From IMG/VR virus record IMGVR_UViG_3300031466_000001, positions 1 through 64,000 of that record: a DNA stretch of 64,000 nucleotides; one strand, 5' to 3'. Shown piece by piece: positions 26,353 to 36,133 of this stretch; the first letter of the stretch is position 1, and every line of letters begins with the position of its first letter. The position numbers and the translations under genes were made by a program. This DNA is from a virus. Taxonomy: Duplodnaviria > Caudoviricetes. The notes beneath the pieces were generated by a model that was given only the letters and a program-made list of their open reading frames with translations, was not told the DNA's origin and did no database searches.

Positions 26353-29013
26353 TTATTCCTCGTTGATGATATCAATGATAATATCGTCCAACCCAATGGT
26401 TAAATATTCAGGCACATATTGTCTTAATTCTTCCTTTGTCATCGATTCAATGTTAATACCCCTGTTTCTAATTACTTGTACGGACGAATTGTAGTTGTTT
26501 ATTCTTACAAATTTCAAATATTCAACCTCACTGAAGTTGTTTTCAATTTCTCTAATGAGGTTAGATACATAGATTGAGTTATATCCAGAATTATTGATAT
26601 TTTCAATAAAGTTCTTAATAAAGATTTTCAGGTCCCTAATGAGATCTGCCTCGACTGTACCAATAACAGGATATACGCTAAATTTAATACTAATATTAAC
26701 CTTATCGAGACGGGCATTATTTTCACCAACGGTGAAGTTTTTGGAACGACCATATGTCTTATAGAATTTCATGTCTATACCGAAATTATTTTTAATCAGA
26801 TCAAAGATAGATTGAAGGAAGTTGTATTGTTTATAAATTAGATTGATTAAGTTCTCATATTGTTCTTTAATCTTCATAGTGGATGCTTTAACAAAAGGAA
26901 CGAACGATATCCTCATATAGTATGGAGGGAGATCTGGATCAGGAGTAGGATTCTGTGCCCTCTCAATGTATTTAATTTGGCTTCGCATACTATTGATTGG
27001 GGTGATAAAATTCACTCTATCATCAATAGTCGAATACGTATTCGTGAGTGTATACGGGTAAAGTTCAGAAATATAATCATATTTATGATTGATCTTAGTA
27101 TCCGGAAATTTGTAAAATGCATGAAGATTAATAATAGCGCTATACATTGGGATCACTTTATCTTGAATTGACTTATCGTCCAAGTCAAAGACATTTTTAA
27201 CTCTGAATTTTTCAGCCATAGTCATATAATCATCGGTTGATAATTTTGCTTCAAATGTGTAGAAATTGTTTTCAGTATCTGCGGATACTAGAGAGAAATC
27301 AAACATGCAAAGTTCAGATGATTCATCTTGTATGGTTCCTTTTACGATAAGATTTCCTGTCGGATGACCACTATCATCTACAACGTTAAGCTCCTCGTCT
27401 GTTGTAGGCATAAGGGTTATTCTCAGGGTATAAAAATCTTCTCCGATCAAAGCATTACGACTAACAGATAAGTTGTTTGCAATAAATTGAATGGGGGAAT
27501 CATTATTAACATAGCTATAATCGAGAACGTGTCCCGATTTTACAGAATTCAAATAGTAACCAACGATACCAGGACTCTTTGTAACCACAATCAAATATGG
27601 ATTAGTGAAGATAAATTCTTCTGGGATATCACTCAGATCGTCTGAAAGTGTCTTACCACGAATATTTTCTACGATGTCCGCACTGTTTCCCTTATATCTG
27701 AAGAGATGGCCAGGTCTGAAGAGGAATCTTCCCGAAACGTCGAATTGATCGTCAAAGTCATTGTCATCGATTTCGAGATCGAGTGTATTTGTAGGATAAA
27801 TGTCTCCGTTCTTATCTTTGAATAGAGAGAATGCAGAGAAGAGTCTTTCCAATGCATCATCTCTACGCTTTACGAACAGAACGTTCGAATCAAGGATACT
27901 TTTATTATTGTCAAAGAATAGTTGTAAATCGTTTTCGGTTGTATAAGCACCCATGGTCGAAATTCTCTCAACTATAAGACTACGAAGTTCTTCGAGAGAA
28001 AGTCTTCCACGACCGCCTCTACTTTCTGTTTGGGCAATACCCATTACGATAAGGTTATTATTGTATTCATAGACCTCAGATTGAGGTATGACGACAAAGT
28101 TATTGCCCGTATAGAGAGGGAAATTTCCTTTGTCTCCTTTGGTTGTATAATAACGAATAAGGATTTCTGAGTTGAATTGAGGTTGAAAATATTGTTCTTT
28201 TAATGTGAAAGTAATCTCAACCGTCTGGTCATCTTTTAGTTTGTAAAAACAGAAAGGTTCTTTCAACGGTGTAGAATTAAAGAGTCTCTTGATGAGTTGA
28301 GTATATTCTGTAGCTCCAGGAGGTCTATAGAAAACTTCGAAATTAGCAAGTTGGTCATTGTATTCGAACGATAAAGTAGGAAGATTAATCCTATCGTTAC
28401 TAATAAGTGTCTCAAGTTGTTCGAAACGATTCACTTGATGAACCGTAACGATAAGACCCAAATATTTTTCATTTTGAATCTTAACCCTACGAGTCTTAAC
28501 GTAGGGATTTTTAATTTGACTGAGTGAGTTATTGAAATTCATGTTATAAGCAGCACTAAAAATGTAGTCTCCCCGATAGGATTTAGCGTTAATAATAATG
28601 TCATAGTCGAGCATAAATTGTACGCCTTCTATATCAATAATCATATTTGAATCAAGGATAAACTCGATACGACCACCAGTTCTAGGGGTTCCTTTACTTA
28701 AGATATCCTTCTCACTAATGAAGAGAATTACATCCATAGATGCCGCTGTCGCCATAAGTTGATCAATTTGAAGGCGAGCTGCGTTGTTGTAAAGGGTTTC
28801 AGGAAGTTCTGCAATATTAGGAAAGATTTCTCTAATATACATCGAAAGAGAGTTCATCGTGTCTTCTGTGGTATTTGCAATAAGGTCGGTGACATATGCA
28901 AATAAACCGGTATTAAGTTGGTTAATATCGTTAACCTCAAAATATTTGGGAGCAAGTTCAGTAAGAGCAAACTCCCGAATAGAGTTTACGCTACTATAGT
29001 CACGTGTAGCCAT
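26353..29013 (-). CDS. Baseplate wedge subunit (T4 gp6-like)
   Basis: 886 aa; N-terminal GLFAY..D, AELPETLYNNA, YYTTKGDKGNF, SRGGRGRLSLEELR and TENDLQ pattern; tail gene context. Confidence 0.7.
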   Translation of the reverse strand: MATRDYSSVNSIREFALTELAPKYFEVNDINQLNTGLFAYVTDLIANTTEDTMNSLSMYIREIFPNIAELPETLYNNAARLQIDQLMATAASMDVILFISEKDILSKGTPRTGGRIEFILDSNMIIDIEGVQFMLDYDIIINAKSYRGDYIFSAAYNMNFNNSLSQIKNPYVKTRRVKIQNEKYLGLIVTVHQVNRFEQLETLISNDRINLPTLSFEYNDQLANFEVFYRPPGATEYTQLIKRLFNSTPLKEPFCFYKLKDDQTVEITFTLKEQYFQPQFNSEILIRYYTTKGDKGNFPLYTGNNFVVIPQSEVYEYNNNLIVMGIAQTESRGGRGRLSLEELRSLIVERISTMGAYTTENDLQLFFDNNKSILDSNVLFVKRRDDALERLFSAFSLFKDKNGDIYPTNTLDLEIDDNDFDDQFDVSGRFLFRPGHLFRYKGNSADIVENIRGKTLSDDLSDIPEEFIFTNPYLIVVTKSPGIVGYYLNSVKSGHVLDYSYVNNDSPIQFIANNLSVSRNALIGEDFYTLRITLMPTTDEELNVVDDSGHPTGNLIVKGTIQDESSELCMFDFSLVSADTENNFYTFEAKLSTDDYMTMAEKFRVKNVFDLDDKSIQDKVIPMYSAIINLHAFYKFPDTKINHKYDYISELYPYTLTNTYSTIDDRVNFITPINSMRSQIKYIERAQNPTPDPDLPPYYMRISFVPFVKASTMKIKEQYENLINLIYKQYNFLQSIFDLIKNNFGIDMKFYKTYGRSKNFTVGENNARLDKVNISIKFSVYPVIGTVEADLIRDLKIFIKNFIENINNSGYNSIYVSNLIREIENNFSEVEYLKFVRINNYNSSVQVIRNRGINIESMTKEELRQYVPEYLTIGLDDIIIDIINEE

Positions 29014-30534
29014 TCATCGACCCTCCTTGAACTCCTTGCGGAATCTAAGCTTATAAATATATTGATCTGTCCCATTGGCTACTTTATTACTACCGTGAGA
29101 ATTGATGAAACCCGGATCACCCCTAAATGTTTCGATAAAAGGTGGTCCAGCAAGTGTTTTACCAGTAGAAAGAACATCGGCTTCATAAGTTCTAACATAA
29201 TTTAGATCCATTCTACTATTCATATTAAATTCGGCTAGGGAAAGTGGGTTCAAATCCTCCTTAAATGCATATGCATAGTTGATAGTAAATTTAGGAAGAC
29301 GGACGTTTGCACCACTAGCCCAACTGTATGCGCTCGAAGGGGTATTAGTCGGAAATACTCCGAAATATTTCGTCCAGAAGAGTATGGTTTCATTATCCGG
29401 ACCAAGAATAAAATAATAAACACTACAGGTGTAGTCCAAAATTTTCTTTTTAATGTATTCTTTCTTCGGTATAGCTTCACCACGGAATACTTTCGAAATA
29501 TATTCAATCCATGCTTTATGCATTTTATAAATATTGGCATCCTTATCATCAGTATATGAAACAGAGAAAGATCCTGCTGTATTAGATTTGATATTGTGCT
29601 TACCATATTGAACCTTATAGCCAGTAAGTGTTTCACCATGTTCAATGGTTTCAATAAATTCATCAGGAACTTCAAACGATTCTGCGCTATTGGAAAGATA
29701 AACATTGAAGTCGTGTTTCCAAGTGTAATGTTTCGTTAAGGATAAAAGCATTCTTCTTTCGTTGTTAAATAAATAATAGAATGTCGGGTCATTGCTAAAA
29801 TGATCATTTAGTTTGGCTTCCCAGATAGAACCGGAAGCTCCCAATGCATTGTCAATCTCACCGTCCTTGAGAAGATTTAAGTCAGGACGGGTGAAGAATA
29901 CATGGGAGAATGTCTTTCCGGCATAGATTTCAGGAAAAGGTTTCTTAAATCTATTGAATTTGACATATAGCTCGTGTCTAGCATCACTGAAGTGAGTTTT
30001 GTCGTGAATTATACCAAGATTTCTTCTAATTATATCCATATTTTGTGCAATGTATAATTCATCCCAAGGTACAACACCCTCATAGACTGCATAACCTGAT
30101 GAAGATGTTGTGGATGATAATAGTTCTAAATCTGTCGTCTCTGTTATAGGATCGTTAGACGGACCATCGAAATCTTTAAAGACTATACCATTAGAATCCT
30201 TTTCTTTTTTAAGCTGTTTAAGTAATTTGTCTGCTGCAGGGTCGACGGGCGTTGGTGGTGTGTCAGGTTTATTATTTGTAGGTGCCGGAGATGCCTTGGG
30301 AGTGGGTTGAACAGGATTATTCTCAAGATCCTTGACAACCTTTACATATTGAGTAGATGCCGTTATCCACCCTCCCGTGTTCAATTGATACCAATTGCCT
30401 TCTTTTTTAACGACAGTAACAGTTGTATTTGGTCCCAGCCAACTAATTCTAGCTGAGGATGAAGATGGAAGTTGACGTACGTTTACACCATGAGGGTCAT
30501 TTATAATCTTAACCTCAAGCCGCAATTGAGCCAC
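29014..30534 (-). CDS. SH3b-domain tail-tube-like baseplate protein
   Basis: N-terminal SH3b and Pro-rich linker; HVFFTRPDLN, FSVSYTDD..IYKMHKAWIEY, YFGVFPTNTP tube-fold motifs. Confidence 0.65.
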   Translation of the reverse strand: MAQLRLEVKIINDPHGVNVRQLPSSSSARISWLGPNTTVTVVKKEGNWYQLNTGGWITASTQYVKVVKDLENNPVQPTPKASPAPTNNKPDTPPTPVDPAADKLLKQLKKEKDSNGIVFKDFDGPSNDPITETTDLELLSSTTSSSGYAVYEGVVPWDELYIAQNMDIIRRNLGIIHDKTHFSDARHELYVKFNRFKKPFPEIYAGKTFSHVFFTRPDLNLLKDGEIDNALGASGSIWEAKLNDHFSNDPTFYYLFNNERRMLLSLTKHYTWKHDFNVYLSNSAESFEVPDEFIETIEHGETLTGYKVQYGKHNIKSNTAGSFSVSYTDDKDANIYKMHKAWIEYISKVFRGEAIPKKEYIKKKILDYTCSVYYFILGPDNETILFWTKYFGVFPTNTPSSAYSWASGANVRLPKFTINYAYAFKEDLNPLSLAEFNMNSRMDLNYVRTYEADVLSTGKTLAGPPFIETFRGDPGFINSHGSNKVANGTDQYIYKLRFRKEFKEGR

Positions 30535-30563
30535 CCTCCTCTTTATATCTTTTAATTATAGCT

Positions 30564-30575
30564 TATATAACTGTT
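30564..30575 (-). promoter_or_regulatory. Late-type promoter AACA-N6-TA
   Basis: + strand TA TATAAC TGTT, 30 nt from the start. Confidence 0.7.
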
Positions 30576-30606
30576 TCAATATCAAAAAAGTAAGAAAATT
30601 AATAAA

Positions 30607-30616
30607 TATATATTAT
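30607..30616 (+). promoter_or_regulatory. Early-type promoter motif TATATATTAT
   Basis: Exact motif upstream of the small ORF at 30750. Confidence 0.6.
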
Positions 30617-30749
30617 ATGCGTGTAACTTTAGTATATACTAGAAAACTGTCATCTATAATTACAAGTAGAATAGTTATCCCCCTGCATAAAAAAACAATA
30701 TTCGTAGATTAGTCCAAGTAAAAAAAATTATAAAAGGGGATTGATAACT

Positions 30750-30911
30750 ATGATGCGTGTGATTATTTTAGTGACAGCAGCAGTTAAATCAATTGACCAA
30801 ACAATCAATCGACACAAATATAAGGAAAAAGTGCAAAAACGACGGGAGGAATGGAATAAGCTTACGCCAACACAGCAAGCTGATCAGGCAATTTATTCCA
30901 TATTTGCCTAA
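30750..30911 (+). CDS. Small 53-aa protein, not in the ORF track
   Basis: AAGGGGA RBS; MMRVIILVTAAVKSIDQ...AIYSIFA; own early motif and terminator at 30957-30990. Confidence 0.65.
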   Translation: MMRVIILVTAAVKSIDQTINRHKYKEKVQKRREEWNKLTPTQQADQAIYSIFA

Positions 30912-31043
30912 TAGCCAATTCCTTCCGTTGTGTAACTATACCATACCCATGATCTAAACCACCTTAATTATTAAGGTGGTTTCTTTTTTTGTCTATTCGT
31001 ATATTTTTTTCGACTCTTTATCATCTATTTTTTTTCTTTTCGA

Positions 31044-31055
31044 AACATACTAGTA
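31044..31055 (+). promoter_or_regulatory. Late-type promoter AACA-N6-TA
   Basis: AACA TACTAG TA, 31 nt before the start. Confidence 0.7.
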
Positions 31056-31085
31056 AAAAATTATATAGAAAGGAAAGGGATAGCT

Positions 31086-32594
31086 ATGGGCATCTTTAGG
31101 GATGTACTCGATACCGTTCGTGATCTCCGCACGATCGGATCGGTCGAGGATTTCTTCTCGAAGAAGAAATATTCGTCTATTTCAAAGAGGAGCCTTGAGG
31201 GGACTCTTCAATTTCCCGTCATCGTTTCTCGTTCTATGGATATTGATACTTTGCAAATGATCTCTAAGGCTCTGGAGCGGCAATTTGCATCGTTCGTTCA
31301 AATTTCTTTGACGATGGACCCGTCTCTCAACCTTGAAAAGGAAAAAGACATCATTGGATATCTTAGAAAGTTCCATCAAAATACCGGTGTTAAAACTGAT
31401 ACATTTGACACCATGCACTCGCTTGGTGAAATCTTTGAAAACTTTAGCACTGGTATTATGACTGATGAGAATGAAAGTATGTATCTTGCTGGTGTCATCT
31501 GTGAGGGTTCTACCGGGAATGTTGTCATTTCCAATAAAGAGCAGCTTGATGATCTTGGCAGATATGTTAGAACGGAAATTTTGAACGAAATGTTTAAACC
31601 CAAACAAGATGTTTATAAATTCCCGAATCAAAACCTTAATGACTATTTTAATCAATCTATGCAACCTGTAACAGAAGCTCCTTCTGCTGATGATATTGTA
31701 AACGCTAGGGCTGAACTTAGCAGGGCTCGATTGCGAGATGTTGATCCTTATAAGTACGCCCTTGATAATGAGAAATTGGATATTGAAAGACGTAAGATTA
31801 GCGAAATGGAAAGACAAAATGAATTCAGTCGTAAACTGGCAGAAGATAAGCTCGCAATGGAGAGAGAAAAAAATAAACCTTCGTCTCCGTCTATTAAGGA
31901 TAAAGATATTACGTATGTACCCAGTAATATTTTGAAAGACAACGATGTTCGTAAAGCGAATGAGCTTGTACCGACAACTCTCCATATTCGGGTAAATGTG
32001 TTCGACGGTGAAAAGAAGAATCAGGGATTCTTTGATTTTATTATTGGCATTAAAACCACCATGCACCCGGTTCCTTCTGATGAAATGATCACGAATGTTG
32101 TTGGTGCTTGTCGCAACAACAATAAAATTTTTAATTTCATCCGGTGGACTACTGGTGAAATTAACTTCTTCAAAGACTTCCTCTTTAATATTAAGGAAAT
32201 CAAAGATGATGTTTTTAATCGTAGTGCCGGAGCTTCTCCGTGGTGGATTACTCTGAAACGCCGTCGTGCTCTTGCTAAGATGAAACGGCTTACTTTTATG
32301 CCGAATCAGCTTCTCCCGAATACAACGATTGTTATCTCCATGGATGAAGTTGAATACATCAAATCCGAGTACGGATTTGACCTCATGAATCCGGCGTTTG
32401 TAGATAAAATCATGAAAGAATACTTCCTCCTTTCGTTTGTTGTAGTTGACAATTCGACTCAAATTGCACACTTTATGTTCGATGGACAGACATCTTATCA
32501 ATCCATTACGTTCTCTGCTCTTGAAAAGGAAAACACCAATAAAGCAGATCTTAAAGAAGTTCTCAAAATTCTTAATAGGTCTAATATAGTTTGA
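31086..32594 (+). CDS. Putative virion structural protein
   Basis: 502 aa; late promoter; internal PVTE-A motif and coiled segment. Confidence 0.65.
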   Translation: MGIFRDVLDTVRDLRTIGSVEDFFSKKKYSSISKRSLEGTLQFPVIVSRSMDIDTLQMISKALERQFASFVQISLTMDPSLNLEKEKDIIGYLRKFHQNTGVKTDTFDTMHSLGEIFENFSTGIMTDENESMYLAGVICEGSTGNVVISNKEQLDDLGRYVRTEILNEMFKPKQDVYKFPNQNLNDYFNQSMQPVTEAPSADDIVNARAELSRARLRDVDPYKYALDNEKLDIERRKISEMERQNEFSRKLAEDKLAMEREKNKPSSPSIKDKDITYVPSNILKDNDVRKANELVPTTLHIRVNVFDGEKKNQGFFDFIIGIKTTMHPVPSDEMITNVVGACRNNNKIFNFIRWTTGEINFFKDFLFNIKEIKDDVFNRSAGASPWWITLKRRRALAKMKRLTFMPNQLLPNTTIVISMDEVEYIKSEYGFDLMNPAFVDKIMKEYFLLSFVVVDNSTQIAHFMFDGQTSYQSITFSALEKENTNKADLKEVLKILNRSNIV

Positions 32595-33616
32595 TGGAAA
32601 GGATGGGTGAGAAACCGATGTTCTATACAAATGAAGCAATTAAGATTCTCTTGGAGAATGCGACAACCCTCTCTGAACGCAATGAAATTACTACATTGAC
32701 AGAGCAGGAGTCGGTAAAAGTCAATAATGCGATGGTAACCAACCTTTATAAATCTGCGATCGAAAAGGCTCATGTTGATTTCGAAGATATCCCTAACAGC
32801 GCTGGTAATATTACCAGATACTCTGGTTACAAATCCTTGATGGAGACCATTGAACTCCTCAAGTCTCTTGCGGCTAAAGGTGGAACTAAAATTCCCGAAC
32901 TCGATACTGTTGAACAGGCAATTAGTAATATTATTGCCGGACGAGAAATCTTCGAAAAAGGATTTGTATTTGAAAAAGATTTCATCATTTTGCAGTACAA
33001 CACCCTTGTTTTTGCAGTTGTAGAAGCAGTTTCTATCATTATTTCTTCGTATGTAGATTTTGTTAAGCGTCCAGATAGGGTCGAATTTGTCATTCTTAAA
33101 TCCAAAGACCGCTCTGGTAGCTTAGCGATTAAGAACCTTGAGAAATTCAATGCAGTATTTAAGTCTGGTGAATTCAGTAAGGTAAATAATGCTGTTATCC
33201 AATCTGGACGTGAAAATCTTGTCGGATCGGTTACTGCGACCACCATTACAACACCTATTCTTGTTGTTGCAGGAGCACTCGCAATCGTTCCGATTATTCG
33301 TGAACTCATTTTCTTGTACTACTATTCTCGCATGAGACTGTCTGATTTCCTGGAGCAACAAGCTGCTCTTCTGGAGATTAACAAAACAAATGTACAAGCT
33401 AGCACTTTGCCTGCAGCCAAAAAGAACCAAGTACTTAAGAAACAAGATGAGACAATTAAAAAGCTCCAACAACTGTCAGATAAAGTAAAAGTTAATAGGG
33501 CTACATCCGAACAATCTACAGTTAAAGAAATCAAGAAAGAAAATACTAAATGGACTATCAATGAGGTTAAAACCCAAGCTGCTTCGACAGATACAACAGG
33601 TTTTCAACTTCTTTAA
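32591..33616 (+). CDS. Putative virion protein with a hydrophobic helix
   Basis: Co-transcribed with the previous gene; LLE-N motif; PILVVAGALAIVPII segment; true start may be 32618. Confidence 0.65.
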   Translation: MMERMGEKPMFYTNEAIKILLENATTLSERNEITTLTEQESVKVNNAMVTNLYKSAIEKAHVDFEDIPNSAGNITRYSGYKSLMETIELLKSLAAKGGTKIPELDTVEQAISNIIAGREIFEKGFVFEKDFIILQYNTLVFAVVEAVSIIISSYVDFVKRPDRVEFVILKSKDRSGSLAIKNLEKFNAVFKSGEFSKVNNAVIQSGRENLVGSVTATTITTPILVVAGALAIVPIIRELIFLYYYSRMRLSDFLEQQAALLEINKTNVQASTLPAAKKNQVLKKQDETIKKLQQLSDKVKVNRATSEQSTVKEIKKENTKWTINEVKTQAASTDTTGFQLL

Positions 33617-33661
33617 TTTATAAAAACGGGAAAAAATCGTATAATTGAACTGCTAGCACTA

Positions 33662-33673
33662 AACATATTTATA
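33662..33673 (+). promoter_or_regulatory. Late-type promoter AACA-N6-TA
   Basis: AACA TATTTA TA. Confidence 0.7.
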
Positions 33674-33701
33674 AAAAATTAAGGAAAGAAAGGTGAAAAC
33701 T

Positions 33702-34832
33702 GTGAGTGCTATTTTCGGCAAACAAAAGTCCCAAAATTGGGATGAAGGTTTCGACGTACCGGTTATCGAAGGGTACGATGTTGAAGACAATGGTGATCTG
33801 ATCGCACTTCAGGAATCCTACGACGATCAACTTAGGATCATTCAAAGCCTCCATGCTATTGATACCGAAGTTATTGATTTCAAGAGCGAATATGACTCGC
33901 TTAAAGAATCTGCTTCGGAACATGAACTGGAAACGTTCGTTGAAGAACGTGAAGCAGTTCTCGAAGCTAGCTTCAAGGATGCATGGGAGAAGGTTAAACA
34001 ATTCTTCCAAAATCTTTGGGCAAAGCTCAAATCGTTCATCCTCACGGCTGTACGTTATTTCGACAAGTACTTCCGTAGCTCCAAAACTTTCATCGAAAAG
34101 TATGAGGATGATCTGAAGAAGCTCAACCTTAACGGATTCAAATTCAAGATGTTCGAATATACGAACCTTGAAACCAATCACTTCACCTCCTATAAGGATA
34201 GCCGTGAAGTGAAGAAGCTGTACGATCTGGTATTCTCGACTGCAACCAACGAGAACCTCATCGAGGATCTTCGTGGGGCCGTCAGATCGACCAAAGAAAC
34301 TCGTGAAGAGTATCTCAATGGTAGACGCGGTCAAATGTTTAACAAACCGTTCCTCACTCCGGACGAATATCGTCGTGAGCTCTATGCATTTTTCCGCAAT
34401 GGTGCAGAGAGCCCTGAGGATCGCAAAGAAATCCCGGTTAATATTGACGATGTTATTTCCGGCCTCAAAAACACGTCGTCTCTCAAGAAGAATATCGAAG
34501 AACTTCAAAAGGTTGTCAATAAGGACTTTGCTGAAGTTCTCCGTGACGTTGAAGCTCTCAGGAAGAACCTGATGAGTGCAAAGGCCGGAGAAAATGGCAC
34601 CGAAGTAGCAAACGTGAAGGACACGGATGGCGAAAGAAAGGACGTTGTCCTCTCCGCTGAAAATCGTGGACTGCGTCTTGAAGGTGTTCGGGCGCTGGCT
34701 TCCATGCTTTCTGGTGCACAAGATATTTCTCTCACGTATTTCCGTGCATGGCGCGAAGCTGTGATGGAACGTGACCGTACCTATCGTTCGGTTGTAATGG
34801 CCGCATTCCGCTATAAGCCGGACAAGAAATAA
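33702..34832 (+). CDS. Internal head (inner-body/ejection-type) protein, paralog 1
   Basis: Acidic propeptide, then VLE-ASFKDAWEKVKQFFQNLWAKLKSF amphipathic helix; strongly biased codons; GTG start after AAGGTGA. Confidence 0.7.
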   Translation: MSAIFGKQKSQNWDEGFDVPVIEGYDVEDNGDLIALQESYDDQLRIIQSLHAIDTEVIDFKSEYDSLKESASEHELETFVEEREAVLEASFKDAWEKVKQFFQNLWAKLKSFILTAVRYFDKYFRSSKTFIEKYEDDLKKLNLNGFKFKMFEYTNLETNHFTSYKDSREVKKLYDLVFSTATNENLIEDLRGAVRSTKETREEYLNGRRGQMFNKPFLTPDEYRRELYAFFRNGAESPEDRKEIPVNIDDVISGLKNTSSLKKNIEELQKVVNKDFAEVLRDVEALRKNLMSAKAGENGTEVANVKDTDGERKDVVLSAENRGLRLEGVRALASMLSGAQDISLTYFRAWREAVMERDRTYRSVVMAAFRYKPDKK

Positions 34833-34889
34833 TATCACATTATAAAATTAACGACAGTATGTCGGATTAAATAAAGGAGGAAAAGGAAA

Positions 34890-36032
34890 ATGTCGATTAT
34901 CTTTGGTAGTCGTCAAAGACCGTCTGCTGATGAGGCGGTCCTTGAATCTCTCAATACCATTAAAACCGGCTTCATCGATGAAACTCCGGCCGGTCTGCAG
35001 CAAATTGTTACCGAATCTGCTGAAGAAATGTACCGTCTGTCCGGAAGTCTGTATATTTCCGACGTCATGATTACCGAGTCCGTTGTTATGGAAGGGGCTC
35101 AATTGGAACCCTTGGTTGAAAATTTCGTAAAGAACACCTGGGACAAACTGAAAGAAGTTTTCATGAAGCTTTGGGCAAAGCTTCGTGAGTGGTTCAACAA
35201 GGTCAAAACTTTCCTGAAGCGCGTGTTCCTGAGTGGCGAAAAATTCATCAAGGAATTTGGTGAAATTATTCGCAGCAAGAGCGACGAAGGCTTTACTTAT
35301 ACTGGCTATCAGTACAATGTAGATGCCGGTGATAAAGCTGTCGACGCAAAACGTCGTATTATCGACGGCTTCCTCGCTGAACAAATCAAGTTTGAAATCA
35401 GCGACGCTCAGAAAGAAGTAATCGGTATTAACACCGATGGTGAAGGTCAAGAAGGTTCTATCCGTAAGAATGCGGCTACGCTGGACCAAGATAAACTGAA
35501 GACCGATCTCCGCAAGAGCCTGGGTGATGAAAACTTCACCGAAGTTCTCAAGGAAATTCGTCTTATTTATCGTGGCGGCAAAGATGAGCCGGTTGAAATC
35601 AAGGGTATTGACAAAGACCGGATGATCAACTTTATCCAAAAGAATGCAAGCAGCGTTAAAGAAATTGAAGAAAGACAAAAACGTATGGATGCTGACTTCA
35701 AGCAAGTCTTGGGAGCTATCGACAAAGCTCGTTCCAAGATTCAATCCAACAAAGAACTCAGCGAAGCTGAGAAGGCTAAGCTGACCACGTATGCTACGAC
35801 CAAGTATCGCGTAGCTCACTACGCACTGGGTCTGCAACAATCGCTGACCTCGGTCACGGTTGACATGTATCGTGAAGTGGCGTCGAAGTATGAGTCGGTT
35901 CTCAAATCTTTCCTCCGATTCAAACCGGCTAAAGAAAGCTACGGTTTTGACAATGAGGAAGAAGAAAATGCATCGGCTCAACAACATTCGACTTCTCAAT
36001 CCATTCTGGAATCGGCCGCTAAGTGGCTGTAA
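34890..36032 (+). CDS. Internal head protein, paralog 2
   Basis: LVE-NFVKNTWDKLKEVFMKLWAKLREWF; same architecture as paralog 1. Confidence 0.7.
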   Translation: MSIIFGSRQRPSADEAVLESLNTIKTGFIDETPAGLQQIVTESAEEMYRLSGSLYISDVMITESVVMEGAQLEPLVENFVKNTWDKLKEVFMKLWAKLREWFNKVKTFLKRVFLSGEKFIKEFGEIIRSKSDEGFTYTGYQYNVDAGDKAVDAKRRIIDGFLAEQIKFEISDAQKEVIGINTDGEGQEGSIRKNAATLDQDKLKTDLRKSLGDENFTEVLKEIRLIYRGGKDEPVEIKGIDKDRMINFIQKNASSVKEIEERQKRMDADFKQVLGAIDKARSKIQSNKELSEAEKAKLTTYATTKYRVAHYALGLQQSLTSVTVDMYREVASKYESVLKSFLRFKPAKESYGFDNEEEENASAQQHSTSQSILESAAKWL

Positions 36033-36043
36033 TACCTGAACCC

Positions 36044-36087
36044 AAAGTACACTAGATGACTTAAATTGTCATCTAGTGTACTTTTTT
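36044..36087 (+). terminator. Intrinsic terminator
   Basis: AAAGTACACTAGATGAC/GTCATCTAGTGTACTTT plus T-tract. Confidence 0.85.
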
Positions 36088-36094
36088 CTGTTTA

Positions 36095-36106
36095 AACAGA
36101 ATATTA
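36095..36106 (+). promoter_or_regulatory. Late-type promoter AACA-N6-TA
   Basis: AACA GAATAT TA. Confidence 0.7.
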
Positions 36107-36133
36107 ATAATTCGTTAGAGGGAGTGTATTAAG

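Noticed and set aside
30617-30712. 31-codon ORF MRVTLVYTRK...
   Set aside because: Starts directly at the promoter motif with no RBS; more likely a 5-prime leader
33669-35999. Long antisense ORFs (389 and 383 aa) exactly opposite two head genes; similar shadows at 9978-11015, 25141-26094, 31182-32639, 45056-45649 and 54838-55863
   Set aside because: Codon-biased genes avoid TTA, CTA and TCA, which removes stops from the antisense frame. The shadow ORFs have no RBS, promoter or protein-like composition.
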